The translations under genes and the position numbers were made by a program. 32,000 nt of DNA from assembly GCF_000009045.1 (NCBI RefSeq), contig NC_000964.3, forward strand, positions 1,920,001 to 1,952,000, read 5' to 3'. Below the pieces are notes generated by a model. The model saw only the letters and a list, made by a program, of their open reading frames with translations, did no database searches and had not been told where the DNA came from. Source of the DNA: Bacillus subtilis subsp. subtilis str. 168. Lineage in GTDB: Bacteria > Bacillota > Bacilli > Bacillales > Bacillaceae. This document shows positions 15,448 to 24,112 of the stretch, one piece after another. The stretch's first letter is position 1, and every line of letters starts with the position of its first letter.

Positions 15448-17868
15448 TTGTCACAGCCAGAATTATTTCATGATTTACCATTAGAAGAGGTGATCGGCGA
15501 CCGTTTTGGACGCTACAGTAAATATATTATTCAAGACAGGGCGCTGCCCGATGCGAGAGACGGATTAAAGCCGGTACAGCGCAGAATTCTGTATGCAATG
15601 CATACAGATGGAAACACGTTTGATAAAAACTTCAGAAAAGCGGCCAAAACGGTCGGTAACGTCATCGGTAACTATCATCCGCACGGTGACAGCTCGGTTT
15701 ATGAAGCAATGGTGCGGATGAGCCAGGATTGGAAAGTTCGTAATGTGTTAATCGAAATGCATGGAAACAATGGAAGCATCGACGGAGATCCCCCGGCAGC
15801 CATGCGTTATACAGAGGCACGATTATCTCCGATAGCATCTGAGCTTCTTCGGGATATTGACAAAAACACGGTTGAATTTGTGCCGAACTTCGATGATACA
15901 AGCAAGGAGCCTGTCGTACTCCCGGCGATGTTTCCTAACCTATTGGTCAACGGATCTACCGGGATTTCAGCAGGATACGCGACCGACATTCCCCCTCATC
16001 ATCTGGGAGAAGTCATTGATGCTGTCATTAAGCGTATTCAAATGCCTTCTTGCTCTGTTGACGAACTCATGGAAGTTATTAAAGGGCCTGATTTTCCGAC
16101 AGGCGGTATTATTCAGGGCGTTGACGGGATAAGAAAAGCTTACGAAACCGGAAAAGGAAAAATCATTATCCGCGGAAAGGCTGAAATTGAAACAATCAGA
16201 GGCGGACGAGAACAAATTGTCATTACTGAAATTCCATTTGAAGTAAATAAAGCAAACCTTGTAAAAAAAATGGACGAGTTCCGTATTGATAAAAAGGTTG
16301 AAGGCATCTCAGAGGTTCGTGATGAAACGGATCGAACAGGGCTGAGAGTGGTCATTGAACTGAAAAAAGAAGCTGATGCCAAAGGCATTTTGAATTTCTT
16401 ATATAAAAATACTGATTTGCAGATCACATATAACTTCAATATGGTGGCTATCCATAACCGCCGTCCGATGCTGATGAGCCTGCCGTCTATTTTGGATGCA
16501 TATATCGGACACCAAAAGGAAGTTGTCACAAACCGGTCCGTTTACGAGCTTCAAAAAGCAAAAGACAGACATCATATCGTAGAAGGGCTCATGAAAGCTT
16601 TGTCTATTTTGGATGAAGTGATTGCAACAATCCGTTCTTCTAGCGATAAACGTGACGCTAAAAACAATTTGATCGCGAAATATGAATTTACAGAGCCTCA
16701 GGCTGAAGCCATCGTGTCATTGCAGCTATATCGTTTAACCAATACCGATATCACAGCGCTTAAGGAAGAGGCAGAAGAGCTCGGTAAAAAAATTGAAGAG
16801 CTCGAATCTATTCTGAGCAATGATAAAAAACTGCTAAAAGTGATTACAAACAGCTTAAAAGCACTGAAAAAGAAATATGCAGATACGAGACGCTCCGTGA
16901 TTGAAGAAAAAATTGAAGAAATTAAAATCAATCTCGAAGTCATGGTTGCATCTGAGGATGTATATGTAACCGTTACGAAGGATGGTTACCTAAAACGGAC
17001 GAGCCAGCGCTCATTTGCCGCTTCCAACGGTCAGGACTTCGGAATGAAAGATACGGACAGGATGCTGCATCAGTTTGAAATGAATACGACAGACGTGCTG
17101 CTGCTCTTTACGAACAAAGGAAGCTACATCTATTGTCCTGTTCACCAGCTGCCTGATATCAGATGGAAGGACATGGGCCAGCATTTTTCAAATCTAATCA
17201 CTATTGACCGTGATGAAACGATTGTAAAGGCTATACCGATAAAAGAATTTGATCCGTCGGCATATCTTCTATTCTTTACGAAAAACGGTATGGTGAAAAA
17301 GACAGAGCTCACTCATTATAAAGCACAGCGTTATTCTAAGGCACTTGTAGCCTTAAATCTGAAGGGTGAAGATGAACTGATTGATGTACATGTAACAAAT
17401 GGGGAAAGCCAGATCTTTATGGCCACTCACTTAGGGTATGGTCTATGGTTTGGAGAAGACGAAGTGAATGTAGTTGGCGCGCGTGCGGCAGGTGTCAAAG
17501 GGATTAACTTAAAAGAGGATGACTTTGTTGTCTCCGGTGAGATTCTTCAGCAATCTGATTCAATTGTCTTGTTCACACAGCGGGGAGCGGTTAAACGCAT
17601 GAGTCTTTCTGAGTTCGAGAAGACATCCCGTGCAAAACGCGGTGTCGTAATGCTAAGGGAACTGAAAAAGAATCCTCACCGTGTTGTAGCACTGTTCGCT
17701 TGCGGTCTTGAACAGCGACTAATGGCAGAAACAGAAAAAGGCGACAGAAAAGAACTGCAGACAAAAGAGTTGCGGACAAACGACAGATACAGCAATGGCT
17801 CTTTCTTTTTTGATGAAGAGGAATCAGGCAAGGTTACAGCTGTTTGGCGCCTTCATACAGAACAATAA
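15448..17868 (+). CDS. parC: DNA topoisomerase IV subunit A
   Basis: 806 aa with the catalytic-Tyr region [10 protein letters not shown], the N-terminal [12 protein letters not shown] motif and the quinolone-resistance-determining stretch [15 protein letters not shown]. The TTG start lies 3 nt after the parE stop, with GAGGAGG inside the parE 3' end, which suggests translational coupling. Confidence 0.98.
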   Translation: MSQPELFHDLPLEEVIGDRFGRYSKYIIQDRALPDARDGLKPVQRRILYAMHTDGNTFDKNFRKAAKTVGNVIGNYHPHGDSSVYEAMVRMSQDWKVRNVLIEMHGNNGSIDGDPPAAMRYTEARLSPIASELLRDIDKNTVEFVPNFDDTSKEPVVLPAMFPNLLVNGSTGISAGYATDIPPHHLGEVIDAVIKRIQMPSCSVDELMEVIKGPDFPTGGIIQGVDGIRKAYETGKGKIIIRGKAEIETIRGGREQIVITEIPFEVNKANLVKKMDEFRIDKKVEGISEVRDETDRTGLRVVIELKKEADAKGILNFLYKNTDLQITYNFNMVAIHNRRPMLMSLPSILDAYIGHQKEVVTNRSVYELQKAKDRHHIVEGLMKALSILDEVIATIRSSSDKRDAKNNLIAKYEFTEPQAEAIVSLQLYRLTNTDITALKEEAEELGKKIEELESILSNDKKLLKVITNSLKALKKKYADTRRSVIEEKIEEIKINLEVMVASEDVYVTVTKDGYLKRTSQRSFAASNGQDFGMKDTDRMLHQFEMNTTDVLLLFTNKGSYIYCPVHQLPDIRWKDMGQHFSNLITIDRDETIVKAIPIKEFDPSAYLLFFTKNGMVKKTELTHYKAQRYSKALVALNLKGEDELIDVHVTNGESQIFMATHLGYGLWFGEDEVNVVGARAAGVKGINLKEDDFVVSGEILQQSDSIVLFTQRGAVKRMSLSEFEKTSRAKRGVVMLRELKKNPHRVVALFACGLEQRLMAETEKGDRKELQTKELRTNDRYSNGSFFFDEEESGKVTAVWRLHTEQ

Positions 17869-17869
17869 T

Positions 17870-17912
17870 AAAAAACCCGCTCATACTATATGAGCGGGTT
17901 TCGTTTGTTTTT
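17870..17912. terminator. Bidirectional terminator shared by parC (+) and the small ORF downstream of ynfC (-)
   Basis: AAAAAACCCGCTCATA-cta-TATGAGCGGGTTT, with A and T runs on both sides. Confidence 0.88.
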
Positions 17913-17914
17913 TA

Positions 17915-18040
17915 TCAGCTTTCATGGTTGGTGAATAGATCTGTTACAGCATGAATGACTTCAATCCCCTGCCATACAAATAAATTCAGCGCTGTGAAAG
18001 AAAATAAGCCTAAAATCACCATTCTTAAGATAAACAACAT
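17915..18040 (-). CDS. Small hydrophobic protein, 41 aa, downstream of ynfC
   Basis: Hand translation of the minus strand gives MLFILRMVILGLFSFTALNLFVWQGIEVIHAVTDLFTNHES*, which has one predicted TM helix. Strong SD GAGGAGG lies 9 nt upstream of the ATG at 18040. It starts 25 nt after the ynfC stop and ends at the terminator. It is below the ORF-track cutoff. Confidence 0.5.
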   Translation of the reverse strand: MLFILRMVILGLFSFTALNLFVWQGIEVIHAVTDLFTNHES

Positions 18041-18065
18041 GTTTAACAGCCTCCTCATATTTTCG

Positions 18066-18419
18066 TTACATAATCGGGTGATGTTGAACATGAAGTTTGC
18101 CGAAATAAGACGATTGATAAAATTTGGCCAGTATAAAGCTTTTTTTCCGCTGACGTCTGCGGGAGTATCCCGTACTTTTGCTTTCAGCGGTCAGCAGCAG
18201 AACAGCCATTGCCCATAAAGCGGTCAGCGTAAATGCCCCTGTGATGGATTTCTTCTCATCATCAGCATTTTGGCCGGCTTTCATCTCATGCATTTCCTGC
18301 TGGTCGGCTACGGCTTTATAATGATGGCCGATATCAAAGGCGTGGGGAATTGAGAACAAATGAAAACTGGCAATCGCCAAGAATAAGATGGATGCTTTCA
18401 ATATCGTTACTTTTTTCAA
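18066..18419 (-). CDS. ynfC: Small membrane or secreted protein of unknown function YnfC
   Basis: The track ORF runs 18066-18476 (136 aa), but its ATG has no SD. A very strong SD AAAGGAGGGGGAG lies 5 nt before the in-frame TTG at 18419. That start gives a 117-aa protein beginning MKKVTILKASILFLAIASFHLFS (signal-peptide or anchor-like), with a His-rich middle and a second hydrophobic segment. Confidence 0.72.
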   Translation of the reverse strand: MKKVTILKASILFLAIASFHLFSIPHAFDIGHHYKAVADQQEMHEMKAGQNADDEKKSITGAFTLTALWAMAVLLLTAESKSTGYSRRRQRKKSFILAKFYQSSYFGKLHVQHHPIM

Positions 18420-18843
18420 ATGATCTCCCCCTCCTTTAATATTACTGAATATTTTTATAATAATACCCCAATCCATCCTAAAAGTAAACCTGATTTATTA
18501 AATTTAAAAATAAATTTAACTTTGTTAAGTATATATCTTTTTGCTTATTTTTGAAAGAGAAAACTTCTTTTATTAGCGTATGTATACCCGGTTTATGGTG
18601 TGAATAAAAACATATTTTAAATGATATGTTGTTTAGGATTTATTACTTTATTTATGTGTAAATCAAAGAGAAAGGCAAGAGAATGGGAAGAAATGATTAC
18701 ATTGTTAATAGGGTACTCTTTTTTTAAAGCCAGTTTGCAAGGAATGTTTTTATTCGTAGGAAAATAATAGAGAAGGGGTCGACAGAGTAACATCTGGCTA
18801 TGACAATATTCTTCTCGAAAAAACTTCCTAATTCGTCATATTG

Positions 18844-18852
18844 TGATATAAT
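18844..18852 (+). promoter_or_regulatory. Candidate extended -10 element of the alsT promoter
   Basis: TGaTATAAT (TGn plus consensus TATAAT) lies 73 nt upstream of the alsT ATG. The -35 region is poor (CTTCCT). Confidence 0.45.
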
Positions 18853-18863
18853 AAAACTCGTTA

Positions 18864-18880
18864 TGTTAAAAAATCTAACA
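18864..18880 (+). promoter_or_regulatory. TnrA/GlnR box (TGTNA-N7-TNACA) in the alsT leader
   Basis: TGTTA-aaaaatc-TAACA is a perfect match to the 17-bp TnrA site consensus. It starts 12 nt downstream of the candidate -10, which is a repressing position. As I recall, alsT is listed as TnrA-repressed. Confidence 0.7.
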
Positions 18881-18924
18881 TCAAAATCGAATTCGTATTG
18901 AATTGATGAAAACGGGAGGTAAAT

Positions 18925-20322
18925 ATGGAGTCTTTTTTCAATAGTTTGATTAATATTCCAAGTGATTTCATCTGGAAATACCTATTTTATATTTTAATAG
19001 GGCTTGGATTATTTTTTACCATACGTTTTGGTTTTATCCAATTCCGTTATTTTATTGAAATGTTCAGAATAGTAGGGGAGAAGCCGGAAGGAAATAAAGG
19101 TGTTTCATCTATGCAGGCATTCTTTATTTCGGCCGCATCCCGAGTCGGCACAGGGAATTTGACTGGTGTAGCCTTAGCAATTGCGACAGGCGGACCAGGC
19201 GCTGTATTTTGGATGTGGGTAGTGGCTGCAGTAGGCATGGCTTCAAGCTTTGTCGAAAGTACATTAGCACAGCTTTATAAGGTAAGAGACGGGGAGGATT
19301 TCCGCGGAGGGCCGGCCTACTATATTCAAAAGGGTCTTGGTGCCAGATGGCTTGGCATCGTTTTTGCAATCTTAATTACCGTCTCATTCGGCTTGATTTT
19401 TAACGCTGTTCAAACAAATACAATTGCTGGAGCATTGGATGGCGCATTCCATGTAAATAAAATAGTTGTAGCCATAGTTCTGGCGGTTTTAACTGCGTTT
19501 ATCATTTTCGGCGGTTTAAAACGTGTTGTCGCTGTTTCACAGCTAATTGTGCCGGTTATGGCAGGCATTTATATTCTTATCGCTTTATTTGTTGTCATCA
19601 CGAATATTACGGCTTTCCCTGGCGTTATCGCTACAATTGTTAAAAATGCTTTAGGTTTTGAACAAGTCGTCGGCGGCGGAATAGGCGGCATCATCGTTAT
19701 CGGTGCGCAACGCGGACTTTTTTCAAACGAAGCAGGAATGGGGAGCGCACCAAACGCGGCTGCGACGGCTCATGTATCCCATCCGGCAAAGCAAGGCTTT
19801 ATTCAAACATTAGGCGTATTTTTCGATACATTTATCATATGTACGTCCACAGCATTTATTATTTTGCTGTACAGTGTAACGCCAAAAGGCGACGGCATCC
19901 AAGTCACACAGGCTGCTCTTAACCATCACATTGGAGGCTGGGCGCCGACTTTCATCGCAGTCGCAATGTTCTTGTTTGCATTCAGTTCAGTTGTCGGCAA
20001 CTATTATTATGGCGAGACAAACATTGAATTTATTAAAACAAGCAAAACATGGCTGAACATTTACCGTATCGCTGTTATTGCTATGGTTGTGTATGGATCT
20101 TTATCAGGCTTCCAAATCGTTTGGGATATGGCGGACCTCTTTATGGGTATCATGGCGCTGATCAACTTAATTGTGATTGCGCTGCTGTCAAACGTTGCTT
20201 ACAAAGTGTATAAAGATTACGCGAAACAGCGTAAGCAAGGACTTGATCCTGTGTTTAAAGCGAAAAACATCCCAGGGCTGAAAAACGCTGAAACATGGGA
20301 AGATGAGAAACAAGAAGCATAA
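18925..20322 (+). CDS. alsT: Sodium:alanine (amino acid) symporter, AGCS family
   Basis: 465 aa with about 10-11 TM helices. The AGCS family signature region GVSSMQAFFISAASRVGTGNLTGVALAIATGGPGAVFWMW is present. SD GGGAGG lies upstream. Confidence 0.95.
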   Translation: MESFFNSLINIPSDFIWKYLFYILIGLGLFFTIRFGFIQFRYFIEMFRIVGEKPEGNKGVSSMQAFFISAASRVGTGNLTGVALAIATGGPGAVFWMWVVAAVGMASSFVESTLAQLYKVRDGEDFRGGPAYYIQKGLGARWLGIVFAILITVSFGLIFNAVQTNTIAGALDGAFHVNKIVVAIVLAVLTAFIIFGGLKRVVAVSQLIVPVMAGIYILIALFVVITNITAFPGVIATIVKNALGFEQVVGGGIGGIIVIGAQRGLFSNEAGMGSAPNAAATAHVSHPAKQGFIQTLGVFFDTFIICTSTAFIILLYSVTPKGDGIQVTQAALNHHIGGWAPTFIAVAMFLFAFSSVVGNYYYGETNIEFIKTSKTWLNIYRIAVIAMVVYGSLSGFQIVWDMADLFMGIMALINLIVIALLSNVAYKVYKDYAKQRKQGLDPVFKAKNIPGLKNAETWEDEKQEA

Positions 20323-20335
20323 TATAAATATAAAA

Positions 20336-20371
20336 CAAAGCTGCATTCAATAGTTGAATGCAGCTTTTTCA
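20336..20371 (+). terminator. Intrinsic terminator of alsT
   Basis: AAAGCTGCATTCAA-tag-TTGAATGCAGCTTT followed by TTC. Confidence 0.85.
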
Positions 20372-20624
20372 TTATTGGAAATAAATTTAATTTTTCGACT
20401 CGAATGAAAAATGACGTGTAAAGTCCCAATTCAGTCCAGTTTTCTTTGTTCTATATGTGTCATGTGTGTCTTATTCATTGGAGGTAGAGCAAATTGACAG
20501 GCTTTTAAACCTCCCCAAAACAAGAAATTAGGTTGATAGACAATCATGAGAAAGATTTTTACAATGAGTTCGTGCTCATAAGAAGTGTAGAGCCAAAATG
20601 ATGCGAAGGAGGAAAAGATCAGAT

Positions 20625-22124
20625 ATGAAACGGTCAATCTCTATTTTTATTACGTGTTTATTGATTACGTTATTGACAATGGGCGGCATGATAGCTTCGC
20701 CGGCATCAGCAGCAGGGACAAAAACGCCAGTAGCCAAGAATGGCCAGCTTAGCATAAAAGGTACACAGCTCGTTAACCGAGACGGTAAAGCGGTACAGCT
20801 GAAGGGGATCAGTTCACACGGATTGCAATGGTATGGAGAATATGTCAATAAAGACAGCTTAAAATGGCTGAGAGATGATTGGGGTATCACCGTTTTCCGT
20901 GCAGCGATGTATACGGCAGATGGCGGTTATATTGACAACCCGTCCGTGAAAAATAAAGTAAAAGAAGCGGTTGAAGCGGCAAAAGAGCTTGGGATATATG
21001 TCATCATTGACTGGCATATCTTAAATGACGGTAATCCAAACCAAAATAAAGAGAAGGCAAAAGAATTCTTCAAGGAAATGTCAAGCCTTTACGGAAACAC
21101 GCCAAACGTCATTTATGAAATTGCAAACGAACCAAACGGTGATGTGAACTGGAAGCGTGATATTAAACCATATGCGGAAGAAGTGATTTCAGTTATCCGC
21201 AAAAATGATCCAGACAACATCATCATTGTCGGAACCGGTACATGGAGCCAGGATGTGAATGATGCTGCCGATGACCAGCTAAAAGATGCAAACGTTATGT
21301 ACGCACTTCATTTTTATGCCGGCACACACGGCCAATTTTTACGGGATAAAGCAAACTATGCACTCAGCAAAGGAGCACCTATTTTTGTGACAGAGTGGGG
21401 AACAAGCGACGCGTCTGGCAATGGCGGTGTATTCCTTGATCAATCGAGGGAATGGCTGAAATATCTCGACAGCAAGACCATTAGCTGGGTGAACTGGAAT
21501 CTTTCTGATAAGCAGGAATCATCCTCAGCTTTAAAGCCGGGGGCATCTAAAACAGGCGGCTGGCGGTTGTCAGATTTATCTGCTTCAGGAACATTCGTTA
21601 GAGAAAACATTCTCGGCACCAAAGATTCGACGAAGGACATTCCTGAAACGCCATCAAAAGATAAACCCACACAGGAAAATGGTATTTCTGTACAGTACAG
21701 AGCAGGGGATGGGAGTATGAACAGCAACCAAATCCGTCCGCAGCTTCAAATAAAAAATAACGGCAATACCACGGTTGATTTAAAAGATGTCACTGCCCGT
21801 TACTGGTATAAAGCGAAAAACAAAGGCCAAAACTTTGACTGTGACTACGCGCAGATTGGATGCGGCAATGTGACACACAAGTTTGTGACGTTGCATAAAC
21901 CAAAGCAAGGTGCAGATACCTATCTGGAACTTGGATTTAAAAACGGAACGTTGGCACCGGGAGCAAGCACAGGGAATATTCAGCTCCGTCTTCACAATGA
22001 TGACTGGAGCAATTATGCACAAAGCGGCGATTATTCCTTTTTCAAATCAAATACGTTTAAAACAACGAAAAAAATCACATTATATGATCAAGGAAAACTG
22101 ATTTGGGGAACAGAACCAAATTAG
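20625..22124 (+). CDS. eglS: Secreted endo-beta-1,4-glucanase (GH5 catalytic domain plus C-terminal CBM3)
   Basis: 499 aa from [29 protein letters not shown] (Sec signal peptide with an ASA-A cleavage site). GH5 motifs are present (YEIANEPNG acid/base Glu, FVTEWGTS nucleophile Glu). The CBM3-like tail reads [25 protein letters not shown]...YWY. SD AAGGAGG at 20606-20612 favours the ATG at 20625 over the track start at 20598. Confidence 0.95.
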
Positions 22125-22140
22125 TTAAGCTTTTTTTTGG

Positions 22141-22168
22141 CGGACATCAGTAACGATGTCCGTTTTTA
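22141..22168 (+). terminator. Intrinsic terminator of eglS
   Basis: CGGACATC-agtaac-GATGTCCG followed by TTTTTAT. Confidence 0.75.
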
Positions 22169-22191
22169 TCATCTAATAGGAGGTTTGCGTT

Positions 22192-22455
22192 GTGGATGAA
22201 ATACTGAAACAGTATATGGTGCTGTATAAAAAAATGAGTAATATGATAAATGGTCCCGACTATCCAGGTAAGGAAAAAGACATCCAGCATCAAAAAGATC
22301 AGATCGAAGTTTACGAAAAACAGCTGCAGCAAGGATTTTCTACAGATTATGACTATGATGTGTTTGCTGATTCTGTTATCAAATGCGCATATGGCGATAT
22401 GACGCTGGAAGATTTAGAAGCCGTTTATTATGGATTGACAACACCATTTTTTTGA
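22192..22455 (+). CDS. ynfE: Small cytoplasmic protein of unknown function YnfE
   Basis: 87 aa and acidic. The GTG start lies 8 nt after AGGAGG (22178-22183). I recognise no family motif. Confidence 0.78.
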
Positions 22456-22479
22456 TTTGTCATTCAGCAGTAAAATTTC

Positions 22480-22581
<102 letters not shown>

Positions 22582-22640
22582 AGAATAAAGCTTTGCTGTT
22601 TTTATGTACATCCTTTCTTCTTCCTGTAATTCAGCAACAA

Positions 22641-22673
22641 AATAAAAAAGCGATTTCCCAATCGGAAAATCGC
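22641..22673 (-). terminator. Intrinsic terminator of xynC
   Basis: On the minus strand: GCGATTTTCC-gattg-GGAAATCGC followed by TTTTTTATTTT, 40 nt after the xynC stop. Confidence 0.75.
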
Positions 22674-22713
22674 CAATTCAGACACTCTATTATTTATGTG
22701 TGTCTTTGTGCTC

Positions 22714-23982
22714 TTAACGATTTACAACAAATGTTGTCACGCTTTGAGCTGGAAGATGAGCCCAAAAATGATTGCCTGATACAGTGAGATTCGTTCCAGG
22801 TTGTAGATTGCTGCTGCTGCTCGTGATCCATCTAGATACGTTTGAAGCAGATCCATTCTGCAAAACAAAGTTTTGGTTGACTCCTGTGTTGCTTTTATTG
22901 ATGGCAACAATAACGACCTTGTTGTCACCTTTATAGGCTGACACGTAAACGTTCGCATTAGGGTTTTTCGTTGCATCAATCCTTACATAGCCGGGACGCA
23001 CAAACTTTGAGAAATGAGCCATATTGTAGCCGCGTTTGCTGATCGTACCATCTTCTTTCATAGGTCCATATGATCTTCGGATGTACCACCATACATAAGC
23101 TTGAAAGTCCCCCTCTACCATCGCATTGTGAATATGCTGTGAAACATCCAATGCCTCAGGCCATCGATCCGCCGAGTTGGTATCACTGTTTGGATAGTAT
23201 ACTTCCGTCATCCAAAGGTCCTTCCCCGCTCCTTTTTGTTTGAAAAGAGGATAAGGGAATTGGCTGACCTGGGTGCCGTACAGGTGAGTTCCGAGAATAT
23301 CCATATTGGCAAGAGCCTGCGGATCGTTCAAGATCGGGTCCGACAAATTCTTCAAGTATTGAAATGACTCAGGCGCAATGACGCGGGCATTGATCGAGCC
23401 GGCGTTTTCTCTCATAAAGCGAAGTATTTCTTGCGGCGTCCACCACGTCCACTCGTGAGCGTAATCAGGCTCGTTTTGGACCGAAATCGCGTAAAGATTC
23501 ACACCATTATTCTTCATGAAGGTAACAAAATCGTTAAGATGCTGCGCGTATGCTGCGTACTTGTTGTATTTCAGCCGTTTAGCCGATGTGTCACCATTCC
23601 GATTAAAGGTCTCAACCATATCACTTGGAGGATTCCAAGGAGAAGCAAAAACGATTGCTCCGTGTTTGACCGCACTCTTTGCAGTCTCCACCTCTTTATA
23701 CCAATTATTTCGATTTTCATCTACATGAATTCTTAAGATTGAAAATCCTAACTGGTTCTGTCCATTGCCAAAAGCAGTTTCTCTTTGAGCTGCTGTAAGA
23801 TCCCCAGCCCAAGCCGGATGATTCATCCCTCCAAAACCGCGAATCACTTGTTTCTCTGCAGATACATTAACTGTTACATCACTTGCTGCCAAAACTTCAG
23901 TAGCGCCTGGCCCTAACATGACTGACAGCATAGTGAAACATACTAATAGTACACAAATTGTTTTTTTTATGCGTGGAATCAT
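22714..23982 (-). CDS. xynC: Secreted glucuronoxylanase (GH30 subfamily 8) XynC/YnfF
   Basis: 422 aa with signal peptide MIPRIKKTICVLLVCFTMLSVMLGPGATEVLA. GH30 features are present (ISVQNEPDY acid/base Glu, LWMTEVYYP nucleophile Glu) along with a C-terminal beta-sandwich. Recognised as B. subtilis XynC. Confidence 0.96.
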   Translation of the reverse strand: MIPRIKKTICVLLVCFTMLSVMLGPGATEVLAASDVTVNVSAEKQVIRGFGGMNHPAWAGDLTAAQRETAFGNGQNQLGFSILRIHVDENRNNWYKEVETAKSAVKHGAIVFASPWNPPSDMVETFNRNGDTSAKRLKYNKYAAYAQHLNDFVTFMKNNGVNLYAISVQNEPDYAHEWTWWTPQEILRFMRENAGSINARVIAPESFQYLKNLSDPILNDPQALANMDILGTHLYGTQVSQFPYPLFKQKGAGKDLWMTEVYYPNSDTNSADRWPEALDVSQHIHNAMVEGDFQAYVWWYIRRSYGPMKEDGTISKRGYNMAHFSKFVRPGYVRIDATKNPNANVYVSAYKGDNKVVIVAINKSNTGVNQNFVLQNGSASNVSRWITSSSSNLQPGTNLTVSGNHFWAHLPAQSVTTFVVNR

Positions 23983-24112
23983 TTATTCCTCTCCTTCGTC
24001 ATGTGTCTTTTACGGTATTAAAAAATCTGCATGGCATATCCATAATGGCGGGCTGTTCCGGTGCTGGCCCGTACTTCACCCGCCTCGTTTTTAAGCGGTC
24101 CCATTACGAGTA

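Noticed and set aside
7505-17779. Numerous 60-130-aa antisense or out-of-frame track ORFs inside citB, parE, parC, alsT, xynC, xynD and nrnB.
   Set aside because: All are nested within long, motif-rich, confidently identified genes. They lack SDs and have the skewed composition expected of alternative-frame translations.
20431-20890. Minus-strand ORFs of 68 and 104 aa in and upstream of eglS, and the 9-codon N-terminal extension of eglS (MMRRRKRSD).
   Set aside because: They are antisense to or overlap the eglS promoter and signal-peptide region and have no SD. The eglS SD AAGGAGG points to the ATG at 20625, giving the known 499-aa preprotein.
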